This document shows positions 31,586-39,617 of a DNA stretch of 64,000 bases, one piece after another. The position numbers were made by a program, and so were the translations under genes. The first letter of the stretch is position 1; every line of letters begins with the position of its first letter. The notes beneath the pieces are model-generated. The model was given only the letters and a program-made list of their open reading frames with translations, searched no databases and was not told the origin of the DNA. Source of the stretch: Diplonema japonicum (taxonomy: Eukaryota > Protista > Euglenozoa: Diplonemea); the NCBI GenBank assembly GCA_964019335.1, contig OZ025710.1, forward strand, positions 62,001-126,000, in the 5' to 3' direction.

Positions 31586-32806
31586 TTAAATTTTATACTT
31601 CGTTGCGTTCTCATTAAGTGTTTTCTTCAGGAACTCCCCTGCGGGGGTTCGATCTTCAGAACCTGCACAACGATGCTCCAGCAGCAGCGATAAGACGTCT
31701 CGTGGAATATCTTTGAAGGCCGCCTCCACCTCATCGGCCGTGTAGGGCACCAGCGAGCCTTCCACATCGTTATAAGCGGCCTTGGCCACGGCCAGCATAT
31801 GGTGTGTCATGGGGGCATCGGGTGCGAGGGTGAGGTACTGAGATGCTGCTGTTGCTGTGAAGCAGATCGTTTTCGGTTCAGGGACGTTGCTGAACGTGTG
31901 AGTGTAGATGAAGCCCGCGAGAGGCACGAAGGGAGCAAAGTACAGCATGGGGATCAGTGCCTTCTCGAGACCAATGTTGAGAATAGCGTTAGGCTCGGGC
32001 GGTACAAACCCGTGCTTCTCAAACAGAGAGCAGAAGTCCCCCCATTCCGGCCGCATTAGCATAGTGCCCATCTCCAGTAGCACATCAGTCACTTCTAGCA
32101 GCACATCGCCCTCCGCGATCTGCGCAGGGTCCACAGCGCACTCCACGTAGTGCGGATAGAAGCTGCTGTCCGTTCCTGTCGGAGACTCGTTTGCCAGCGT
32201 ACTCTCCTTATGCAAAGGGTACAAGTTCAAAGGTCCCGTCGGGTCGGGTGACGAATAGAATAAGTACGTGGCACACCATGCATCGCTCGGTAGATCGTCC
32301 TCCCATGTGAACCTGCTGTAGTGATAAGTCTTCAGGTCGCTCCCGCACCACTCTTTCACGACCTCTCTTGCAGCCTTGCACTTTGACAGCAAGTCCTTCG
32401 TGAAGAACGGGCGTGCCCCGCAGAATACCTGTAGAGGCGGCAGGAGCGGGATTTCTCCAAAATGAGACTTTACAGTACGCACTTTGGTCGCGCTGTCGAG
32501 CCAGGGTGCCTCGTCCTCGGCGGCGGGAAACATTTCCTTATAAGCCTCCGTGGGAGTGTCGAAGGCTAGACTCACTGAGCCGTCTTGAATGAGATATTTC
32601 ACTGGCAGGCCCACCACGTCTTCGATCGCGAAGCCGTCGCGGAGCCTCTCTCGCATCGCGAGCCTACACGCAGTGGCGATCTGCATCAGGTTCCTTCGTA
32701 CTTCTAAGTCATTGACACACCGAGGCGACCACCCTTCGACATCAAACTGCACCGATGTCCCGTTGTCGCCGCTCACGTCTTTTATGAAGTACTCAATGCG
32801 TGTCAT
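31586..32806 (-). CDS. Hypothetical globular protein (~406 aa); may be exon 1 of the giant gene
   Basis: ATG at 32806 (MTRIEYF) follows a T-rich tract and ACTACAG. No recognised family. Same frame as the giant ORF. Confidence 0.75.
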   Translation of the reverse strand: MTRIEYFIKDVSGDNGTSVQFDVEGWSPRCVNDLEVRRNLMQIATACRLAMRERLRDGFAIEDVVGLPVKYLIQDGSVSLAFDTPTEAYKEMFPAAEDEAPWLDSATKVRTVKSHFGEIPLLPPLQVFCGARPFFTKDLLSKCKAAREVVKEWCGSDLKTYHYSRFTWEDDLPSDAWCATYLFYSSPDPTGPLNLYPLHKESTLANESPTGTDSSFYPHYVECAVDPAQIAEGDVLLEVTDVLLEMGTMLMRPEWGDFCSLFEKHGFVPPEPNAILNIGLEKALIPMLYFAPFVPLAGFIYTHTFSNVPEPKTICFTATAASQYLTLAPDAPMTHHMLAVAKAAYNDVEGSLVPYTADEVEAAFKDIPRDVLSLLLEHRCAGSEDRTPAGEFLKKTLNENATKYKI

Positions 32807-32877
32807 TTTCCCTGTAGTGTGTATTGGTAGTAATTTACAAAGAAAAAAAGAAGAAGAAACGCGAGAAGGGCCACCCA

Positions 32878-34824
32878 CTAGATCAAGTCCGCCAGTTCGC
32901 TGTGTAGGGAATTGAACTCCAAGGACACGCCCGGAAGGACGAGAGTCTCTTGAAGCTTCTTAAACATCCCAAAGATAGTCCCGCTGTTCATACTAGACGT
33001 CATGCTCTTTCGAACGCGTGAATCGCCGTCTGAGACGCCCATGCCTGTCTCTGCACGGGACGCAGCATGGTGCATGAACATGTGGTAGCCCAGTAGAATG
33101 CAAAGCCGCATCTCGTTGATAGGCAACAGGTTGTGTAGGGCAGGACGTCTGGGCCATTTAAAGCCTTCGTCCACTTCTTCAAGGAGCTCACTTGAGGTCA
33201 TTCCGGACATCTCTGATTTAACAAGCACCACTGCTCGTGCCTCTTCGTATTCCAACTTGCAGAGTTTCATCTCTTCTTGCCACCTCCCGATCCTCAGGCG
33301 GTGCACGACCCGTTGTCTATCCATCACCGCTCTTAGGATCTTGTTCTTTATAAACCCAGGTACAGTTAGTTCAATCGAGTCCGCCAGCACTGTTGACATT
33401 ATGTGCTGTGCCACCTTCACCTGCGACGCCGTGTCCCTTGTATACCTCCCCGCTTCCTCGGCGTAGTTGTATGTTTCTGATGGTTGCTCTCTGACGATCT
33501 TGCCCTTGGATTTCCTTCTTGCTTTGCCATCTGTGTTGTACTTCCTCACTCGCTCAGCGTCACATTGAAGGATGCCTTCCAGTGTCTTATCCCATTGCCT
33601 TGCTAGCAACACAACGTTTGCTTTAATCACTGGATCCCGTTTTCGCCACCACTTCTGCACAAACCGTGCAGCGCCCACCATCTGCTTCACGAGGTACGAG
33701 ATGCGTGTCTTCATGGACTCCGCGTGCAGGTGCTTTGCGATCAGTTGCGCACACCGCCTCTTCCGCAGTATTCGCGCCATCATCAAGAACAGCCAAATGT
33801 GCTTGCGGAGTGTTTCGAGCGCTTCGTTCTTCAGTTTGCGCTTCGGGTTCGTAGGGCTCATCATACTTGCCACAGAGTTCATTACTATCTTCAGTTTTAA
33901 GGGTTTTTGCGTTTCCCTGCTTTCTTTTTCCTCTTGCTTACTTTTCCGCCAGTCTTCAACTATGGTCCCGAAGGTCATGACCGTCTGCGCCAATATCACA
34001 TAAACTCCAAACGGCTTTATCGTTTTGTGTTTCCTCTGCCTGTGCATCTGCAAGGTAGAGGCCCTGCTTTCATAAAGCTCTTGTTGTCGCTGGCTTGCTT
34101 TTGCATACACAGATTCACGGTGCGACGAGGCCATCTCGGCTGCCTTTGTTTGGTGGTTGGCCTTGCAGTGTGGTGACAACATGAGCGGGGGGCTGAGCGG
34201 TCGTTTATTTCGCTGGTCTCTCCGTCGTATTTCTCTGACTCGGGACACCTTAAGCGTGAAGGCGCGCATGCCTGCGGTGTTGTTCTTCAGAGTCCGTACA
34301 ACGGAAGGGGAGTAGCCCTTGACTGCTACCTGTCGCTTGATGCGCTTCATTGCCGCGGCGTCGGGTGATTTCAGAAGCTGGTCGTTGTCGAGGAACCAGT
34401 ACCGCTCTTCGGGGAAGAGCTCACAGTCGCTTTCGGCGACAGGGTTCTGCAAAGGCAAGGACAAAGGCTTGTCTTTGAATGAACGTTTTCTCAACGGGCT
34501 CCTGTCGAAGTACCTGCGGTCTCCGATCTCCGTTCTCGACAGCATGTCGTTGATCACGTTCTGCATGCTGTTCATCCTCTCCATCCCCGGCAGCTGTGCC
34601 AGCAACGGTTGCTTCAGCGGCGTTGCGTTGCTATTCGACATCATCAACAGTTTCTTCACCTTCGTGTTCTCCGTGTCCGTGCACATACACAACATTTTCC
34701 CGTTCTTGATCCCTCTATACCAGCTCCTTTCTCTGTCCCGCTCTTTCTCCTTGCACTCCGCCATGCTCAAACATGGCAGGACTTCATTCGGTAGTGACGA
34801 GGTCACGCTACGTGCCGCGTCCAT
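32878..34824 (-). CDS. Hypothetical basic helical protein with IQ-like motif
   Basis: ~648-aa ORF; AARFVQKWWRKR resembles an IQ motif. Confidence 0.75.
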   Translation of the reverse strand: MDAARSVTSSLPNEVLPCLSMAECKEKERDRERSWYRGIKNGKMLCMCTDTENTKVKKLLMMSNSNATPLKQPLLAQLPGMERMNSMQNVINDMLSRTEIGDRRYFDRSPLRKRSFKDKPLSLPLQNPVAESDCELFPEERYWFLDNDQLLKSPDAAAMKRIKRQVAVKGYSPSVVRTLKNNTAGMRAFTLKVSRVREIRRRDQRNKRPLSPPLMLSPHCKANHQTKAAEMASSHRESVYAKASQRQQELYESRASTLQMHRQRKHKTIKPFGVYVILAQTVMTFGTIVEDWRKSKQEEKESRETQKPLKLKIVMNSVASMMSPTNPKRKLKNEALETLRKHIWLFLMMARILRKRRCAQLIAKHLHAESMKTRISYLVKQMVGAARFVQKWWRKRDPVIKANVVLLARQWDKTLEGILQCDAERVRKYNTDGKARRKSKGKIVREQPSETYNYAEEAGRYTRDTASQVKVAQHIMSTVLADSIELTVPGFIKNKILRAVMDRQRVVHRLRIGRWQEEMKLCKLEYEEARAVVLVKSEMSGMTSSELLEEVDEGFKWPRRPALHNLLPINEMRLCILLGYHMFMHHAASRAETGMGVSDGDSRVRKSMTSSMNSGTIFGMFKKLQETLVLPGVSLEFNSLHSELADLI

Positions 34825-34926
34825 CGGCACTGCGGTGTGTTCATACTGTAAGACAACAAAGAAAGTATGGAAGAAACGACTGATGACTTGGTAAAAACAC
34901 GATAAACTAAGATACCTGCTTCTTCA

Positions 34927-35931
34927 CTATGCAAGCTTGGGTAGCGTGTGCAGGGCAAGGTTGCCCCCCACATCGCCGGTCACGATATGTCTCTCCGCTA
35001 ACCAGACAGGGCACGCTAGGCAGGTTACTGTCTCAGGGCATTGCACTGCGGTAACCAGAGAGCTCGACGCGTCATCCTCCTCCGCCTCCTGCTCGTCTTC
35101 ATCGTCTTCGGGGAACTCCCAGAGGGCCACATAACCGTTCTTCCCTGCCGTCCACAGTTTGCTCCCTTGCCACACTACGTCCTCCACGGGAACGTTCTCA
35201 TGCGGCTTCCACACGTTGAGCGGCTCATACTCCTCATTGAAGACCCACACCGTGCCGTCCATGATGCCGAGGGCTACCTCCGGAGTTCCTGATGCTGACG
35301 AAATGCTCAGCGAAGTCGGGAATGGGGGGTTGATGACCTGTGGCCCCGACAGTTGCAGTCCGGGGAGCTCTATTGTGTTGCTTGTCCCGCCCTCCGCATT
35401 GTACGTGGTGCATGCCAGCGTGCAGTCCATGCCCGTGGACCACACAGTGTCTCCGCATATTCCAACACCTGAGACAACATTCCCGTGCGGCACGACTCGC
35501 ACACCTGTGCCGTTCTTTTCCTTTATAACCGCCCCTGTCTCAAGTCCCACAATCACCTCACCCTCGTTCACAGTTAGCGACGTTATGTCCCCCTCGAAGT
35601 CATGTCTCTCGCCATACTCCTTCACCACGATCATGTGGTCGTTCACCCTTGTGTCGATGTGGTAGCAATTTGCTCCGCTTGCGGCCAGCAGCACATCCCC
35701 ATTCCACGCCACTTCGTCAACGCCCTTTCGATCGAAGCAGTCGATGCACCGCACTGCCTTGTTGACGCTAACGTCCCACACCCTCACAGTGCCGTCGTCA
35801 CTGGCGGTGGCCACAGTACTGGTCATGACTGCTGACGCCGCAATGCTATTGATCACCGCTTTGTGCCCTTGCATCCATTGAGTGTCTGCCATGATCCCAA
35901 CCCTACCTGGATGCTCTGTGTTTCTCTGCAT
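34927..35931 (-). CDS. WD40-repeat protein (WDR53-like); start at 35931 or 35892
   Basis: GHKAVINSIA...TASDDGTVRVWD, HGNVVSGV, STGMDCTL, INPPFPTSL and TAGKNGYVALW. Confidence 0.85.
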   Translation of the reverse strand: MQRNTEHPGRVGIMADTQWMQGHKAVINSIAASAVMTSTVATASDDGTVRVWDVSVNKAVRCIDCFDRKGVDEVAWNGDVLLAASGANCYHIDTRVNDHMIVVKEYGERHDFEGDITSLTVNEGEVIVGLETGAVIKEKNGTGVRVVPHGNVVSGVGICGDTVWSTGMDCTLACTTYNAEGGTSNTIELPGLQLSGPQVINPPFPTSLSISSASGTPEVALGIMDGTVWVFNEEYEPLNVWKPHENVPVEDVVWQGSKLWTAGKNGYVALWEFPEDDEDEQEAEEDDASSSLVTAVQCPETVTCLACPVWLAERHIVTGDVGGNLALHTLPKLA

Positions 35932-35944
35932 GGTGCTCACTGCA

Positions 35945-37064
35945 CTACTCTGTTTCGGAAGACCCAACAGTGCTGACCTCGATCGCTTCGTTGGGTAGGT
36001 TGTGCATGGGCTGATGCGTCGGGCGCTTCCTGCGAAGCACCACGACCGCAGTCCCCAGCATGACAAGCATCACGACGCCCATCAAAGCAGCGGTGCTGTT
36101 GGCACCGGTGAGTGATCGGGGCAACACGTTCTGCACGGGTGTGTTGGAATAAAGCACTCGCACTCGCAGAGGCAGGACGGGGCGGGCTGTGGATGACTCG
36201 GAAGTCATTCGCATGGCGGTTCTGAAGGCCTGCAGCTGTGCAGGGGCCATCCCGAGCGGCTTTGTGAAGACGTGCCAGCGGACACCTTCAGTGCAGGGTG
36301 GGGTGGTGAGGGACCCACTGTATGTGACGTAGGTACCACCGTCAAGAGCAACGGAAAGGGAAGGTACTATGGCGCTGCTGCTGTTTGTTGGGTGGGAAAA
36401 GGTTTTGTTGGCTAGGAAGTACTCGGGAAGCTTTTCCGGTGTTATGGGCGCTTCTGGGAGCCCTGCGTCCCAGATGGTCTGCAGCCAGGAGCTGTGGCTG
36501 TCCTTCTTGGCATCGAAGAGAACACCTACTACGGCAAGCTCACCTGCACTTGACTTGTGCACAAAATGCAACTCCAAGTCACTACGTCGGCCGTTTACGG
36601 TGTGCTCGGAAGGAGCGTGGAAATGGAAGCTGTCCATCATGAACTTGGTACTGATCTGTTTACCGTTTGAGATGGGGAAGAGGCTGCACGTGCCCTCAGT
36701 GGGCGTAACCTTGACAGCCATCTGCGTGTTCTCAGCAGTGAACCCTTTGAAATCCGCGCACTTAAACAACTGTGTGAGGATAAGATGAAGGTGTGCTCTA
36801 TCATACCAAGTCCTCCAGTGTTTTCTCAGCCACCTCATTAGTCAGGTCTATCGGAGATTGCTTGGTGCCCTTGCAGTCAGGGAACGTGGTCCCCCAGTCG
36901 GCCGGTCCTTTCATATCGTTACTCAGAAAGTCATACGCCCACTAATAAGAATGTTTGGGAGGAAGAGAGAGGGGAGGGGAGGGGAGGAATACCTTTACGT
37001 TGTCCCCCTGTGTCTCGCTCACTAATGTGGCCAGCCAAACAGTTGTTATCATTGCTTTCGACAT
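35945..37064 (-). CDS. Alpha-carbonic anhydrase with signal peptide and C-terminal TM anchor; three exons (37064-36993, 36941-36807, 36769-35945), 343 aa
   Basis: The spliced N-terminus has WAY...GPADWG...C.GTKQSPID. Zinc ligands in FHFHAPSEH and ELHFVH; YSGSLTTPPCTEGVRW; TM segment LMGVVMLVMLGTAVVVL. Confidence 0.93.
36770..36806 (-). other. 37-nt cis intron in carbonic anhydrase
   Basis: GTATGA...CCTCACACAG; joins the QSPID exon to the catalytic exon in frame. Confidence 0.85.
36942..36992 (-). other. 51-nt cis intron in carbonic anhydrase
   Basis: GTATTC...CTTATTAG; joins the signal-peptide exon to the WAY exon in frame. Confidence 0.8.
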
Positions 37065-37627
37065 TTTCCACACCTTTTTGCTCCCTTTTTTTTTTTTTTT
37101 TTTTTTTTTTATTTAGTGTACCCTAAAAAAGTGGGCAAGGTAAAGGCAAAGCTGTTGTAAAGTTACCCAAAAATGCTGCCTCCGCGTAATCGAAAATTGT
37201 TGAGTGCAGAAAAAAAAAAAAAAAAAAAAAAAAAAAAGAAGAAGAAGAAGCCAGGAGGTCAGTTTACACACCACTACAACAGACCTAAGTCATACAATGT
37301 ACAGGAGTAGCACAATGCCTACAGGAGAGCTAGCCAGAGCTGGAGCAACGACTTCGGGGGCATCTTTGCACACTCCGAGACAAAAAAAAATGAAAAATAA
37401 AACACTAGAAGAGACAGAAGGGGGAATTCTGTTTGGCTGCCCATGATGTACGTAGCACTTAAGAGGGTAGAGGAAGAAAGGGAAGAAAATGGCATCAAAA
37501 AGAAATTAAAGAAGCCGATCGGGGGGTGGAGGAAGAATAGGAAGAACAAAGCGCCATTCCATTAGATATTTTTTGACCACCCCCCTATTTTCTGTGTTAA
37601 TCGTTTTACTCCTGTCAATAATATTAA

Positions 37628-39432
37628 CCATCTACCAACGGACCATTTTTGCCCACCAGGGGGTAAATTTTCAGAACTTCAAAAAAAACTATTCTAGCGC
37701 AACGCTGGGGCTATATGCCCCCGGAAATGCCTTCAGATGTCCCAATTCTAGAGAGAGGGTGCCCACAGCAGGGCCCACCCCCACAACATTGTCAAAAATA
37801 TCGTTCCCGAAGTGCCCGAGAGGGGGTACAAAAAACAAGTCAAAAAGAATCGACTGTAAAATTCTATAAAAAGCTATTAAAGGCCTTCTTGACGCGGTTC
37901 GTACGTGCCCCAGGGCTGGGGGACTTCTTTTTTGACCCCGAGAGGGGTTTCTGGGGGGTATCCCCGGCAAGGTGGTAGTCTTTGAAGCACGGAGTCACGC
38001 AAAGTTGTACCAAGCAGGCTGAACACTGAAATAGGGGTCTTTTCGACTTGCAATGCTTGCACAGCACGTTGCGCTACTTTTTCGGGGAAATGGTCCCAGA
38101 AGGTGCTGTCGCGGCGCATTGGGGTCTCAGGGCACTCGTTCTGTGTTTCGGGGCATGGTATTGGGGCAGCCTGCTCTGTAGCTGACTTTAGCTGTTGTTT
38201 GGGCAGCCTCCCTAGTAGCCCTTCGATGACTGCCTCTTTGAAAGGCGTGAATCCACTGTCGTTCGTACTCAGGGTGTTGGGGGGCAATGCTTCTTTCCAA
38301 ACAAACCGGGCATTTGCCAGAGATTTATCTAACAAGTACGAAAATACTTTCAGGGGCCACTTCGAAGTCATAAGGGTGCGTTTATGGCGTTTTGTCACAG
38401 CGTCACCCAGCGTCGGTTCCGCCCATTGCGGTGTTGTAAATATGCACTTGAGGGATGTCCTTTCTGGAGGGCCTCCGGCTTTCATTCTCTTTTGGCCGAC
38501 ACGCCAAATTTGACTTCACCAGAACATCCAACGTCGACAGAAAGCGCACAGGCTTGATGGCATGCCACGTTGTGGTGCAAAGGATGCTCACGTGCTGGTG
38601 GAACTGGGTGTCCCCACAGGGTGCGCGTCCTTGGGCTTGCGGACTCGCTTTGGGGCATCCGTGATCTCCGGGAGGCCCTTGCGATAGGTAGAAGTCAGCA
38701 CGCTTGTTTGTTTCGCTGTGGAAACACAGATTTCCCAGAATAGTCAAAAAGCGGTCTCTTGACATGACGGTGGCGTACCCAGGGGTGTGGTTGAGAGGCG
38801 TGGAGCCAGTACGCCAGTAGTCAGAATAATCTGGCATGATATCAAGTCCATCGACAAAAGGGCACCTGGAAGGTGCAGAGAAGCAGCATCGAGATCCAGG
38901 GAAACACCTTTTTTAGCCGCATTTGCAACATTGTTCGAAGTTATGACCCGAATAACGTTTGGGACGAGCATTTGGGAGAATTTTTGGTACGGCGTTGAGC
39001 CTCTGATGTCAAAACAGGGTCCACAAGGATTCCGATCTTCACGAAACCGGATGCCTTCCAACTGCTCCGGCTTCGTCGTCCAATCACCCTGCTGTGACTC
39101 GGAATCGGTCGAATTCGTATCAGAATCACTGTCTGTATCAAAATTGCATAATAGGGATGAGCCATCAGTGCTACCATCACTCATAATGTCCTCTTCCGGC
39201 CTCTTTCTGGGTGCCCTTTTTTGAAGTGATTTTTAAGGGTAAATTTGGGCTGGCGTTTTTTTTTATTTTTTCATTTTCTTGCAAAGTTAGGGCAGCATTT
39301 AGTTTATATTTTTCATATTTTCCGCGCAGGACCCCGGATGCGAGAAGTGTCCGGGCTGTATTGCATTGAAAGCCCTTTGCGCAAAAGATTTTTTTTCAAA
39401 TCGTCTCTATAAAGACGCTCGTTGGTAGATGG
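37628..39432 (-). mobile_element. piggyBac DNA transposon, 1805 bp, defective
   Basis: Perfect 13-bp TIRs CCATCTACCAACG (37628-37640) and CGTTGGTAGATGG (39420-39432), with TTAA on both sides (37624-37627, 39433-39436). Confidence 0.95.
37864..39184 (-). pseudogene. Frameshifted, internally deleted piggyBac transposase
   Basis: Four overlapping frames carry DYW...MSRDRFLTILGNLCF, TWHAIKPVRFLST, YNTAMGGTD, KWPLKVFSYLLDKSLANA and the Cys-rich tail CKHC...CSAC.V.LC...CFKDYH. The region holding the first catalytic Asp residues is not seen. Confidence 0.85.
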
Positions 39433-39617
39433 TTAAAAAAAAAAAAAAAATGAACATCATGATTTTCCCCATCCTTCCAGATTCTCTCTTTACTTTTTTT
39501 TTTTTCCGGTGTGATTTTGCGGCTATGAAGGAAAAAAAAAAAAAAAAAAAAGTGGGGGGAACCCAAAAAATTTTTTAGTTCGAAAAAAAAAAAAAAAAGT
39601 ATGACTATTTTGTTCTC

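Noticed and set aside
37319-37363. Short ORF MPPKSLLQLWLALL* after a T-rich tract
   Set aside because: Only 14 codons with stops downstream; not supportable without expression data.
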